Assembly (NCBI RefSeq): GCF_006345805.1
Contig: NC_042999.1
Span: 166,594,001-166,658,000 of the forward strand
Direction: 5' to 3'
DNA length: 64,000 nt
Origin: Octopus sinensis
Taxonomy: Eukaryota
The notes below the pieces were generated by a model, which saw nothing but the letters and a program-made list of their open reading frames with translations, was not told the origin of the DNA and did no database searches. Made by a program: the position numbers and the translations under genes. Each line of letters begins with the position of its first letter. Positions within the stretch are counted from its first letter, which is position 1. Shown in pieces: positions 23,501 through 38,500 of the stretch.

Positions 23501-26500
23501 GGAAAAAGTAAGAAGCTTAATCTGTACCTGAAAGTTCTGAAGACGTTGGAAGAGCAGCTTTAAATGTTGAATATGTTCTTTAGTAGAAGAACTGGCAATT
23601 AAGAGATCATTGATGTAGCATAGATGAAGTCCAGTCCACGAATGCCTTTCTCAATGAACTGTTGAAATGTGCTGGCAGAATGGCAAAGGCCAAATGGCAA
23701 AGACAAGAATTTGAAAGAGTTGAATAGAGTTGTTATTGCAGTTTTGGGAATGTCCACTTGGTTAACAGGAATCTGGTGATAAGCTCAAACAAGATCAAGC
23801 TTAGAAAACACTGTACATCCATGGAGAGAGGAAGCAAAATCCTGGAGATTACAGATAGGGTATTTAGCGGGAACCTTCAAAGAATTGAGATGTCTAAAAT
23901 CTCCTGTAGGTCTCCAATCACCAGAGCCCTTAGGGACCATGTACAGGGATGAGGCCCATGTGCTTGTTGAAGGGTGGATAATTCCAAGTTGAGGCATTCA
24001 CACTCAGCCTTTGCTGCCTTTAGTTTTTCCAGAGGCAGATGATGAGGATGTGAAAACACAGGAGCACCAGTTGTAGAAATGAAATGTTTTGTAGAGTGAG
24101 TAGGATTACTTGCTAAAAAATTCAGGTTGATGAACTCTGGGAAAGAGTCCAAAAGTGACTGATATAAGTCTCCAGATGCTATGATAAAAAATGTTTGGCT
24201 AACTGATGGAGTATTTGAATTCCTGCCAAGAATAAAATTGGCCAGAAGAATGTAGCCTTTATGAGCTTTACTGAGGCCAAAACTCCAGGGTGTGAAAGAT
24301 TGTATAAAGTACTCACCAAAAGAAACTCGACAACTGGAATAAAAAGCTTCGTAGAGCTATCCAAAGGATGCTGCTTACAAACATCCACTAAAAGTGAGTA
24401 ATGGTGGAGAAAAACCGCACCTAAAATTGGGTAAGGTCAGCTATGATGAAAACCCATTTAAAATCATGCTGTAAATCCAAATCCAAAGAAAGCAAGATTT
24501 GATTAAATGTTTGAATAGGTGAATAGGTCACTGCTTGCAGGGTAATTGCAGAAAGAGAAGGTTTATCCTTAATGAATTTTACCAGCCAAATACTGCAGGC
24601 AGCACCTGAATCCACAAGGAAAAGTTTGTGATGAGAGGTCCTCTCCAAAAAACGCACAGTTATGGTTATGTGCACTGGGAGCAGCTGTTGTGCTCAGTAT
24701 CCCACAGTGGAGTTTCCCTGACACACATATAAACACCAGGTTTTATGCATCTACAAGTAACTTCAACAAAATATTGGTGATACCAACTTAAGGTTGATGA
24801 AAAGGCAGGAGAATGTCACCTAGGGGACGACAAACAACCGATTGATCTTTGTCAACGTTGATAAGAATTTTGAGTAGCACATAATCTCTTCACTTCTTTG
24901 GTTAAATCCAGGATGGCCTGTAAAGTTGCAGAATTAGACTCTTAAGTAGTAGCTGCTACTGTAACAAGAGAAGAAGAAACAGCAGCAATTCTGTCATCAG
25001 CAACTCTATCTCAGTGTATTCCAGTATCTTATCAGCTGAAGAAGCCAGCTGATTGACTGTACTAACCTCCATCATAGGGGCAAGAATCCCCTGTACATTT
25101 GAAGGCAAATGGAAGAAGAAGAGCTGTTTAACCCTTTAGCATTTAAACCGGACATATCCAGCCAAAAGTATTCTGCCTGTTTTATGTTCAAACTGGCCAG
25201 ATCTGGTCTCTCACACCAGCCCTACAATGTTGTTTTAAAAATCTCATAGCACCAAGATAATGCCTGATTAGTTCAAGGCAATGTGGATAAAAAAGGATTA
25301 ATTTTGGCAGAATAATGCGAACACTAAAGGGTTAAACATGGAGCTGTCTTCTGAAGAACCCTTGGTGAGTTCTCTTATTCTACAAAGGAGTTGGGTCGGC
25401 ATCTTGTTGCCCAAATGCTCATCATGCACCAAAGTGTGGAAATGCTTCTTGGCTGAAAGAGATGTTCTACAAAGGACTTTAGTCTTTATCATTGGGTCAG
25501 TAATAATGTCTTTCAGATGACTCGCCAGAAAAGAAGGATTGGCATTCAATATGTAGCTGTTGCTGCTCAGAGGTAATATTACTTGTTACAAAATAAGACT
25601 CCATCTGTGTGAACCAAACTCAAATGTTGCTGCTAAACACTGGCAATGAAGAGTGATTCATAGTGACTGAGAAGTATAGCCTGTACATCATCATCATCAT
25701 CATCATCGTTTAACGTCTGTTCTCCATGCTAGCATGGGTTGGATGGTTCGACCGGGGATCTGGGAAGCCAGAAGGCTACACCAGGCTCCAGTCTGATCTG
25801 GCAATGTTTCTACAGCTGGATGCCCTTCCTAACGCCAACCACTCCGTGAGTGTAGTGGGTGCTTTTTACGTGCCACCTGCACAGGTGCCAGGCGAGGCTG
25901 GCAATGGCCACGGTCGGATTGGTGTATTTTATGTGCCACCGGCACGGAAGCCAGTTGAGGCGGGGCTGGCATTGGCCACGAGTCGGATAGTGCTTTTTAT
26001 GTACCACCAGACCAGGGATCCTGGCTGGTTCAATTCGATTTCGATTTCGCTCGCCCCAACATGTCTTCGCAAGCAAAGGGGGTTGGCATGGGTGCCTGTC
26101 GTACGGTCGGATTGGTGTATTTTACGTGCCGAATTGGTCAAAACAGTCCTCAGTGAAAAGAAATCACCAGCATGGCAATAAAAAGAATATTGATCCTCAG
26201 CGATGGGTTTTATTTTCCATCCCGATTTGTGTAAAACAAATTCCAAATGAAACAGGATAAAGACATTTTTTTTTATCAATGGTGGTAAGTGGTAAAATTC
26301 AGGCCAAAGTGAGATAGGACATGTGCTTATGGCACCAGTACGTGTGTGTGAAACACCAGCTGGTTACGCTTGAAGAAGGAAATAAAAAAGAGCTGGAATC
26401 CATATTGAAAATCAAGTAAGTATCTTCACAAATCGAACACTAAGAATTTATGTTAAAATTTTTCCTTTCCTGTTTGTTTTTTAGGGAATATTTCCGGCTG

Positions 26501-29500
26501 TGTGGTAGGTAGCTTGTTTACCAACCACATGGTTCCGGGTTCAGTCCCACTGCGTGGCACCTTGGGCAAGTGTCTTCTACTATAGCCTCGGGCCGACCAA
26601 AGCCTTGTGAGTGGATTTGGTAGATGGAAACTGAAAGAAGCCCGTCGTATATATGTATATATATATGCGTGTGTGTGTTTGTGTCTGTGTTTGTCCTCCT
26701 AGCATTGCTTGACAACCGATGCTGGTGTGTTTATGTCCCCGTTACTTAGCGGTTCGGCGAAAGAGACCGATAGAATAAGTACTGGGCTTACAAAAGAATA
26801 AGTCCCGGGGTCGAGTTGCTCGATTAAAGGCGGTGCTCCAGCATGGCCGCAGTCAAATGACTGAAACAAGTAAAAGAATAAAAGAAAAGAATAGAAATAT
26901 TCCAATGTCGGGTCACCACTTTAGGAAGTCTATAAATTGTGTGCGTGGGAGAAGGCTTCCAGTAATTTACAAATGTGTTTTCTGTGAATGTAAAGAGAAA
27001 TATCAGAAGGCAATATTCTCTCATTAATAAAAGTAGCAATTTATTCCTTGATCACCCATGTGGTTGTAGAAGTAATTAAGCATTCAAGTGAAACAGGGTG
27101 TAATGTGTGACATCCAAAGTATTTAGATTTGATACTTGAGAGCTGCAAGATGTGATTGATGCAAAATATCCAATGAGTTGCGTAGTTTAGTTATGATGTG
27201 AGGTAGCAGTTTCCATAGCAGTAAAAGATGATGTTTTCTAATTGGCGTTAAATCAGCAATGTGTCTTGTCATCCGGATGAGCAATCAACAACTGATGTTT
27301 ACATCTCAACATTCTATTGGCAACTGACTTTTTGCCTTTCAGAACTGGTGTGCTTCACCACTGGGCAGAAATTATCACATGTATCCTTCTGCAGCCAGCA
27401 GTAATTGGATAAAATAGGCTTAACATGATTGTGCTATGCTGCCACAACAAAATAGTGCTAACATGTCTCATTATAACCCTTTTGATAGCAACCCACCTGA
27501 AATAGCCTCTGGCTCTATAATACAAATGTCTTGTTTTCAAAAGTTCAGTATTAAAATCTTTCACCAAACTTTAGTCACAATTTATGTTCCTAACACTAGC
27601 TAAATGATAACTAAGTTATTTTACTAAATTCTTTGTTATATTTGAAATTAATTGAAAGAAACACAGAGCATCTCAACAGAAATATGGTCACCAAAGGATT
27701 AAGTGCTTGAAAGATGTCTCTTCTTTCCTAAAAGACAGTCAGTGACAAGTTTTACCTAAGCACTCTGAAGTTCTCATTTATTCTACCATTGTTCTCTTAC
27801 TTCATGTATGAGGGGGTGAGGCTGAAAAGTTCCTGGCTTTGGGTAAAAGAAAATACCGCAGGATCAGTTAATTATGATTTTATTCAACATATTCCCGTCT
27901 CAGATTCACACACTTATTGCTGCAGTCCTTCAGTTTTTCTAGGCCCTCTAAAAGAACTTGGAAGGTTTGGCCAGATACTTTTCAGCAACCCCCCCCCCCT
28001 TGTTGTAGGAAGCATTATTATTTTTTATTATTCAGTCCAAAGAAGATAGCATTGCCTATGGCCTTTGAAGGTTTTCTCTAGATGGGTAAGGTTAATGCTG
28101 CTAATGGTTAGCTTCTTCTGCAGGATGATGACTATAAGGAAATTTTTAAAATGGCATCAGAAGATTAAGGGATTGGGAAAATTATTTAACATATGGTTCA
28201 GTTAGGTGAGACACAGCAGAAATTATAAGAGGCAGGTACATTAAAATTCGAATAGTAGTTGTAAGATGTTTCTTGTTGAGGGGAACAGGAACCATTTTAG
28301 TAGTGGTAGAAGAGACAAAGGGTTTGTACAACGCATTGGTAAGCTTAGTGGTGGTGATGATTATGATTTAGCCCTCAAGTTGGCTCTATTTAAGTGGATA
28401 TATACTCAAAGGCATTCAAGAGATGATGATTCTGTCTTTTTTTCAGGAATATGTATCCCATAATATATTCCCAAATGTGTCTTTTATTAAGATGATAGGT
28501 TGTGGTTTGAGGGAGATTTAGTTGATGTTTCTAGTAGGTGAAATGGTGACATAGAGGCTACCTAGTTGGTTTGTGGACTAATGGGTGAGTAAAAGTTTGC
28601 CAGTCTGTTGAATATCCTTTGTAGATGCAGATGAGAATGTTTGTAGCAGTTAAACTATTTCAAATTTACATTTAGTATTTGATTCCGTAGCAGGTTAGCA
28701 CTTGTGCCTTATAGAAGGCCTATAAATGTCCAGGGTTAAACTACTACTTTATATAGTAAAGGGATACTTGATGCCATTAAAATTATAGGGCTTTATATTT
28801 GAAAAGACTGAAAGAGACAGACTTGAAATTGACCTGGTGAAGAGAGTGCAGGTCATTTAAGAGGTCACAAATGTCAATGAAAGGGCATTGACAAACATAA
28901 CTCATTGATTGATTTACTGAATGATTAATGAAACAATCAATTAGTTAGTTAAATAGTAAACAAATTAACAAATAATAAAGAAGTGAAAAAGAACCAATGC
29001 ATGTGTTTATTATTAGTGTAATGATCCTCCTAAGATACAGAATAGAATCTTGCAAACCAAATTTCAAAATCAGAAAGATTGAAAGTTTAAAATAAAAACA
29101 TTTGCTCTTTTATAAGTCAAGAAGAATTGGATTTTGTTGAAGTATTTCTTCAATACATGTAGCCTTCAATGCATGTAGCCTTCTTGACTGTATATCTTAC
29201 TATGTTAGTTATTTACAACAAGCAGGAGTGGCTGTGTGGTAAGTAGCTTGCTAACCAACCACATGGTTCTGGGTTCAGTCCCACTGTGTGGCATCTTGGG
29301 CAAGTGTCTTCTGCTATAGCCCCGGGCCGACCAATGCCTTGTGAGTGGATTTGGTAGACGGAAACTGAAAGAAGCCTGTCGTATATATGTATATATATAT
29401 ATGTGTATGTGTGTGTGTTTGTCCCCCTAGCATTGCTTGACAACCGATGCTGGTGTGTTTACGTCCCCGTTACTTAGCGGTTCGGCAAAAGAGACCGATA

Positions 29501-32500
29501 GAATAAGTACTGGGCTTACAAAGAATAAGTCCTGGGGTCGATTTACTCGACTAAAGGCGGTGCTCCTGCATGGCCGCAGTCAAATGACTGAAACAAGTAA
29601 AAGAGAGTAAGCAGTTTGGGCCATTTATAGCTAGGTTATTAACAGCCATTTATTGTCAGATTATTAAAAGTTCTCTACACATATCATTACTGATGCTACA
29701 TTGTGTTTCAAAGATACTGGTTAACTATCACTAGAAGCGGGATGTTAACTGTTGATCTTTCAAATGTTGGGCTGATGTTCCAACAGTTTGGCCAGACAAT
29801 ACAGTGTACAGTTTCTTTTTCTATCACAGTTTTTTCTATGAAATATTTTGTTATTTTTTAATATTTTTTTTTTGCTGTATGCTGTGACTGCAAAGACCCA
29901 GGCTGCTTCCTGCACCAGTTCCGCATAGCCCCTGCCCATTCAAAGTACCCTGGATCCCAGAACGTCCCACTGTGCTTGAGGAGACCTGTTGAGTCAAGTA
30001 CATGAACATTGAAATAAATATCAATGGAAATATTAGTTGTGATACCTGTGCTGGTGGCACATAAAAAGCACCATCCGAACGTGGCCGTAGCCAGCGCCGA
30101 CTCGACTGGCTTCTGTGCCAGTGGCACATAAAAAGCACCATCCAAACGTGGCCGATGCCAGCACTGCCCCAACTGGCTCCTGTGCTGGTGGCACATAAAA
30201 AGCACCATCCGAACGTGGCCGTTGCCAGCGCCGCCTTGGCTGGCTTCCGTGCCGGTGGCACGTTAAAAGCTCCAACCGATCGTGGCCAATGCCGGACCCC
30301 CCCTGGCACCTGTGCAGGTGGCACGTAAAAAGCACCCACTACACTCGCGGAGTGGTTGGTGTTAGGAAGGGCATCCAGCTGTAGAAACACTGCCAGATCA
30401 GACTGGAGCCTGGTGCAGCCCCTGGCTTCCAAGACCCCGGTCGAACCGTCCAACCCATGTTAGCGCGGAAAACGGACGTTAAACAATGATGATGATGATG
30501 ATTGTATTTATTTGATCTTACAAATAGTTAAAGTGTCAGTCATTCGTTTATTCTGTTCTGAGATAATCCAATATCTACTTTCAAAAAGCTACCTACACAG
30601 TTTACAATTAATCTAGCACTACGTTGTTTTCTTTCATATGTTCGTTTTTTAACTCGCTTTCTTACTTGTCAAATAATGCTGCAGTGTATGACTTATTTAT
30701 CAGGGATGGACTCTAAAGCTGACATTTCATCAATCTGTCCATCACACCACAGAATATTCTAAATTACAATACTCTCTTTACTATTTTACTATTTTACTTG
30801 TTTCAGTCATTTGACTGCGGCCATGCTGGAGCACCGCCTTTAATCGATCAACTTGACCCCGGGACTTATTCTTTTGTAAGCCCAGTACTTATTCTATCGG
30901 TCTCTTTTGCCAAACCGCTAAGTGACGGTGACATAAACACACCAGCATCGGTTGTTAAGCAATGCTAGGGGACAAACACAGACACACAAACACACACACG
31001 CATATATATATATATATATATACGACGGGCTTCTTTCAGTTTCCGTCTACCAAATCCACTCACAAGGCTTTGGTCGGCCCGAGGCTATAGTAGAAGACAC
31101 TTAGCCAAGGTGCCACGCAGTGGGACTGAACCCGGAACCATGCGGTTGGTAGACAAGCTACTTACCACACAGCCACTCCTGCGCCTATACTTTACATTTT
31201 GATATTAAGTCTGTTAAGTCTATTAATTAAAATATTGATTTATACTCAGTTAGAGAGTTAAAGTGTCAGGTTTTGACCTAAACCCGCAATTTAACAAGCA
31301 GGAACATTATGATCTTTTGAAAAAATTATTACTAGAGAAGCAGAATTTGTTTTTTTTTCCATTCAAAGTGCTAGAGAACAATTTTAGTATAAGCTAAATG
31401 TTTATCATTCATTTTTATTTTGATAGTAATGATTTTTTAGAAAATATTTTAAAAAGTGAATTAAATTGCTTTTAGGATGTTAACAAGAAGAATACTAACC
31501 AAACTGACAATGAGAAAAAAGACAACAAACAGCAGCTCCAGTATGAGCGGCCTCCATCCCGTTCTTATGTAAGTAGGGAAACTGATCCCTTGAGTAAGAA
31601 GGTTCAACTACTTTTCAATAACAGTTATTTTATTGAGGAGTAATTAATGCATTTTTTAAAATTGAAGTATTGTTTTTTTATTGAATCACTTTTTTGCTTT
31701 TATTTTGATGTTTCTGACAATGATCACTTTCTCCTTTTCAAAATCTCTGTCCCCTTTTTTTCAAAGCTAGTTACCAATGAATAAAGTATCAATGTCAGTT
31801 TATAGAAGTCCCTTTTGGTTTTTTTTAGCTAAGACTGGATCGGCAGAAATGGCGATTGATTGTCTTTTTAGAATCAACACATAACTGCTATTGATTTTTA
31901 TGTATTTGCTTTATTATATACTAGCAGTATCGCCCGGCGTTGCTCGGGTTTGTAAGAGAAATAACTATATAAGCATTTTTAGAGAGTTATAGCAAAAAAA
32001 TGCATTAAAAATGGAAAAAAAAATTATGGTAAATTTTTTTTTAAATCGTTGACTCATTGTAGACATTTTTAGAGAGTTACTTCCCTTATATAATAGGAAA
32101 AAAAATTATGTTAAATTTTTTTTTAAATCGTAGACTCATCGTAGACGCGCGCTAATACCCAGAAGGGCTCGATATGAATCACGACTATAAGATACCCGGT
32201 TTTGGTTAAACTGCACCGCAAAATGTGGGAGTAATTAGGAATCTAAATCGTAGGAGACAGACACACAACTTCTCTTTTATATATAAAGATTTTTGGTGGT
32301 TTCTGATGAGAAACTATGAGTTTATACAAATAACCCTTTAATCTCAGTAAGATCTTAAATTTGCTTGAAGCATGAATTTTTCAGTATATAAATAGGAAAC
32401 AATAAAATTCCCCCATTAATTAATGATTGGCAAGAAAAAAATTATTCAATATTTTAACTTTAAGAATCCATTTCAATGACAGGAAAAGCTCATTGTACTC

Positions 32501-35500
32501 CACCCTGCTTAGTCATGGGCCGCATGCAACGAGAAACTTCACAACCATTCCACATGTTGGGCTTCTCTACCTTTGAGGATTTCTCCTAACAAGCACATCA
32601 CTAGGACTGCATCCCAATGATTGGCCCTTCTTCAGGGCCAGAAACTTCTTCAGCATCCAATAGTTATTGACACTCTACAAGACTTACACTTACTGGAGAG
32701 CTAAGTCATCAATATGGTTATGGTTTTCCTTTTGAAACCATATCACCTGACCTCTTCAGATAACTCTTCAAAAAAGTTATGAACATTAAGTTATCTTATT
32801 TATATCATAACTGTAAGGAGTTGTGGTCAGTCAACAGAATTCAGTATTTTATATAACTGAGCAAGATGTAAGCACAGTGTTACTTGGCTTTGGTTTTCTA
32901 ATCAAACCATTTCACTTCACTCTTGTAAGTAATACCCTTGTGAAAGACACGAATGTTACAAGATCTCGTATATTCTTTCCCCAAAATGTGAAGCCTTGTA
33001 TCTTTCCAAAAGCAACTGTTATTTTATATTGTAATGCTTTTTTTTTATGCAGGCTGTTACTAAAATGATAAATCTGAGAAGTAAGAAACAGCTCAATACA
33101 CTTAACAAAGCAATATCTAATGGCAGGTAATTCCATAATCTGTTACTCTTCTACTTTTTTCAGTCATTGGACTGTGGCCATACTGGGGCACCACCTTGTC
33201 ATATCAAATAAGCTTCAATATTTGTTTTAAAACTTGAGATTTATTGTATTGTTGTCTTTTCTTTTGCTGAGCTGCTAAGTAACAAGGATGTAAACAAAAC
33301 AATCCCAGTTGTGAGGTGATGAGAGAAACACAAACACAAAGATACACATAGACATAGTGATTACTCCATCTTGACAAATGATTGCTGTCTCCTTATTGTC
33401 AAGAATATTTCTGATTTTCCATCCATGACCTCCCAGATGATTATTCAGTCCTGGTGCAGATTTTCATGGTTTGGAGCAGAGGTGACAGATGATGAATGTT
33501 GTAACTTACTGTGTGCTTCTAACTAGCTAAGCCTGCACGTGTTGCCAGTTTTCCATTGCTGTAGGACTTTCAGTAGATGGAATGATGAAGAAAAAGTGAC
33601 ATTAAAGAGATGTGTACGTCATTGGATTAGAGTGATAAACGCTTGTACAATACAAGTGCCACTCTGAGTCTCCATGATTAGTTCCAAGTGACAGGCTGAA
33701 ATGAGATGGCCAGTAATCATGGGGAAACTGCAAGTGTTACATCAGAGTGTCCCTCTCCTAGAAGAATGTTGTGATAACAGTTAGGGGTCCCTTACTCCTG
33801 ATGGTTTTGTTGTCATTCCCTGACACCAACCAAGGGTATTTCTGCATTGTACATATGTATATCAATATGTATATTTGTTTACTTACACTCATTTATACAT
33901 GCATGCACACTGGGCTTCAACACAGTTTCCATATATTGAATTTACTTAGTTGGCATTAGTTGGCCCTGGGCTATGGTAGAAGACACTTGCTCAAGATGTC
34001 TCATATTGAGACTGAACTCAAAACTACATGGTTGCAAAGTAATCTTCTTGACCACTTGGCCATGTTTGCACTTCTTTTGATTTCAAAATGTAACCCTAGT
34101 TTTTGATATTTTCTCTGTGTGAACAAAAGCAGTTTGACACTTTGAAAATTGAATATAAATCTCATTGAAAGATTTATTTATTTGTACACTTAAAGAAAAC
34201 TTGCAGAAGAAGAGTTCAATGTAATATATTTTGATTTCATTTATTCTTGTTGTTAAGCAACACTTTAGGAGTAGAGTCTATGGAGAGAGATATATAGCAG
34301 GTGTGTGCATGTGTGTGTGTATAAAAGAGTGGGTGGTGAAATATATGACAAGCTAAAGGTGGTATAGAGTCAGCGAGTCCTGGGGGAAACATAGACTATT
34401 GTAATGTTGCTATAACAAATACGCAGCTTGACAACAGATAAGATGTTGGTGGAGTGTTAGTGAGTAAATGTTTTCCTGTTTGGCATATGACTCTGTTGAA
34501 TGCAGCCCAAATATGAAAGCAGTACACTACTATGGTATCTTGTACAAAGGTCAACAGCTGTTTGTAGCTGGATATGATACATAGGTTTACCTACTCACAG
34601 CCCAAACTAGAAACACCAGGTTGTGAGTATTTATCTGGTAATTGACAATTGGGAAGTTCCTTAACACCTTGAAGGTTGTTGGGGTGCTTCAGCCTTGCAG
34701 CATATCTAGGGTAAGAAAGGCTGGTGGAGCCCATCCCTCTCCAGGTTAAACTCATTTCTACAGCTGAGTGAACTGGAGCAATGTGAAACAAAGTGTTTTG
34801 CTCAAGAATACAATGGACTGGTCCAGGGATTGAAGCCACAATCTTACGATCATGAATCCAACACTATAATCACTAAGTGATGTGCTTCCACTAGTGGTAT
34901 TCATTTCTACATTTGAGTGGACTGGACCAATGTGAAGTGTTTTTGCTCAAGAAAATAATGCATCATCTGATCCAGGAATCAAAACCACAATCTTACAATT
35001 GTGAGTCCAACACCCTTACCACTAAGCCACACGCCTCCACTTTTTATCTATTATCTGACCATGGCTTAATAGGGCTATCACTGAACATTTCACCTTTATG
35101 TTTTTTTTCTTTTTTTCTCTAGTTTCAGCTCAGAGCTGCGGCCATGTTGATGCACCACCGTTATGTTGTATATCTAGGGTTAATAGAACCTTCAGTTTTT
35201 GTTGTTGATTCCATGTCAACTCTGATTGAACAGACCTATGATCATACACTTTCCATGCATGATCCTCTTCCATTTTCAGACAGTTTTATCTCAGACCACA
35301 TCACCCTATAGGTCCTTCATTGAAAGTAGGGTGATTTGATAGATATTTGAGATTTAACTGTTGTTTCTAGCAGAGGTACTCTTATTGCCTTATCCCTTTT
35401 CAAGTTATAACCATAAGAAAAGTTGAACAACCCTGTAGATTAACAAAACATTGGCTACTTTAACAGTGCTACCACAAGTGATAACTACTTATTTCTAGTG

Positions 35501-38500
35501 TAGTAGCCATTGAGAGTTTAGTGCCGTGGCCATGGCTACCTCATGGTGCTGATGACACAATACAACCTGTTGCTTCCAACACTCCACTCAACATATATCC
35601 GAATAGAAATATTACAGTAAAATGAATGGGAAGGCAACAATATTTTATGATCATAATGTGGGAATGAATAGTAATAGGTAGCTTTCTTTTTAGCTTGGCC
35701 CTCTTCTGCTCTCATCTGACTTGTACTATCATGAAAACAAGCAAGTGAAGAAACCTTTAAGCAGTCACTTGACTTGCTAGAAACAGCAGCAAAATCTCTA
35801 TCAAATCACACTCCTGCCACCTTAAATAAATGTTAGTTTTGATATATAAAATGATGGATTGTCATATTCGGACTACCTTTGGATTACCTTTGATTATAGG
35901 TCTATTTGGTCAAGGGTGCCCTAGGGCTAAACACCAACAAGAAACAATGTGAAAAAGCAGTTGTAAAATGAATGAGTAGGTCAATTGCATATATTGCTGT
36001 TTTCAGGGTTCTGGTGCGTAATGTAAGTCTTGGAAGAGATCTTTTTGTTATGATAAAAGAAACAGAACACAAAAAGGTATGTATTGTATCAACTGACTGT
36101 GCTTTAGAAATGAAATTTCCTGAGCTTTTTCTATTTTTTAAAATTCTATTTCTTAACATAGTAGCACTAATTTAAAGCTGACAAATTATAAAATTTCATT
36201 GATTTAATTTAATCTGTTTTTATAAAGAAAGGAAGAGTGATTAACATTTTTCATGTAAACTAATATAGTTACTCAATGCTATAAAAGTTTACATAAAAAA
36301 TTTGTAATATTTCTTTATACTACATGATTAATTTATGGATTAATCTATAATTACTTAGATATGTTAAACAAGTTAGAAGTGAAGCCTGCTGATTCCGAGT
36401 TTTACTGTATGGTCTAAATTAACAATACTTTACATAAGTGAATAAGCTATTGTTATTAGCAGCTAGTCAATATTATTTGAAATGCACCTTCTTGAAAGGC
36501 TATGAACAATGATGGTAGAATAATTCTTATGTTAAAGGTCTCTTACTCTTTACTCTTTTACTTGTTTCAGTCATTTGACTGCGGCCATGCTGAAGCACCG
36601 CCTTTAATCGAGCAACTCGACCCCGGGACTTATTCTTTTGTAAGCCCAGTACTTATTCTATCGGTCTCTTTTGCCGAACCGCTAAGTAACGGGGACGTAA
36701 ATACACCAGCATCGGTTGTCAAGCAATGCTAGGGGACAAACACAGACACAAACACGCATATATATATACATATATACGACTGGCTTCTTTCAGTTTCCGT
36801 CTACCAAATCCACTCACAAGGCTTTGGTCGGCCCGAGGCTATAGTAGAAGACACTTGCCCAAGGTGCCACGCAGTGGGACTGAACCCGGAACCATGTGGT
36901 TGGTAGACAAGCTACTTACCACACAGCCACTCCTGCGCCTAATTTAATAAATTAATAAAAAATAATTTGATAAATGTGACATTTAGTGTTGTTTATTTTC
37001 ATCATTTACATTTGCAAATTAGTGAATAATATTTTACTAGTTTGCAGTGTTTAATTCATTTCCTCACACAGGTTCGGAAAAGTTGTTAGAGCAGTAATTT
37101 TCAATCTTTTCTTGATTCCATGGTGCACTGAAAATAAAATTAAAAAAATTATTGGCACACATTTCATGGAAATTCAAAAAAAAAAAAAAACTATTTTAAA
37201 GTTAAAGATTTAGTAAAAATATAGAATAACTAATGCATATCTTGTTTCATTAATCATATTTGTGCCTAACAAAATTATGAATAACTTGTTTTTCAAGACC
37301 CTCAGAGCATGAGTGTGCATTTTCTAAAGTCTGAAATTATATTTTTAACAATCTGCAGTGCACTTATATACTTCCATTCAAGAACCAATGCGTATTTATT
37401 AAAGCGTTGGACAAATACCACAATGTCTTGTGGTATTTCTATTAGCTCTTACTTTTCTAATTCAGATCTTGTCAAAATCAACTTTCCCATTTATTCTTCC
37501 AAAGTCAATAAAATTAAATATTCTTTTCTACTCTAGGCACAAGGCCTGAAATTTTGTAGGGAGGAAGCCAGTCGATTAGATCGACTCCCAGTATGCAACT
37601 GGTACTTAATTTATCAACCCCAAAAGGATGAAAGGCAAAGCTGACCTTGGTAGAATTTGAACTCAGAACGTAAAGACAGATGAAATACCGCTAAGCATTT
37701 TGCTTGGCGTGCTAACGTTTCTGCCAGCTTGTTGCCTTAATAAAATTAAATATTGATACTTTAAAATATTGGAGTTGATTTTTACCAACTGCTGATGTGT
37801 AACCCAACGTGCAAGGGGCTTGTATAGTACTGTTGTGTCCCAAACTCCTCATATGACTTTTAATAACTTTTGTGATCATTGTTACTGAATCAGTGGAATT
37901 AAAACCAAGGTTTAACTGCAACCATTGGCGGACTGGGACTAAAAATATTGGTTGCCAGGAGACTAAGGGGGCCCAGCCACAACTACAATACTATCATTTA
38001 ATTTTTTTCTTTGTTAAAAGTATTCTTTCTACAAACACAGCCAGGCTGAAATAATTAATGCATTCTTCCAGAAGTGAATAAAAAAATTCTCAAACTTGAG
38101 GGGATGGGCTCCTTAGATATTAACATGAGTCCCCATATATGGATTCTAATGGCGTAGGGGCCCACTAGTCATCAGCTGGCAACTTGACCAGTCCGCCACT
38201 GACTGCAACCCTTTAGGATCAGAGGTAAGCTATACTGCAATGCCTGTTAGTCACCTGCTAAATATGTACTTCAACATCTGCATATACTCAAGAATTGAAA
38301 GTTTTACAAAAAATTGGAGATCAGTCACCCAAAGTCAATAGGGAGAAATAAGAAGGGTTTTATCCAGCAGGAAGAGAGAGAGAGAGATTGCTGGTTTGAG
38401 GGATTAACTCATACTTTGTTGAATAACTTTCAAGCATCATGCATAAAACTTGTGTAAGATCTTGCTTGACTCTACCACTTCTTTTGTAATCCTCTCCCTA

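Noticed and set aside
28050-28800. CR1-like LINE 3' remnant on the minus strand (YKAQV-like motif)
   Set aside because: Too degraded to support as a feature without a translated search.
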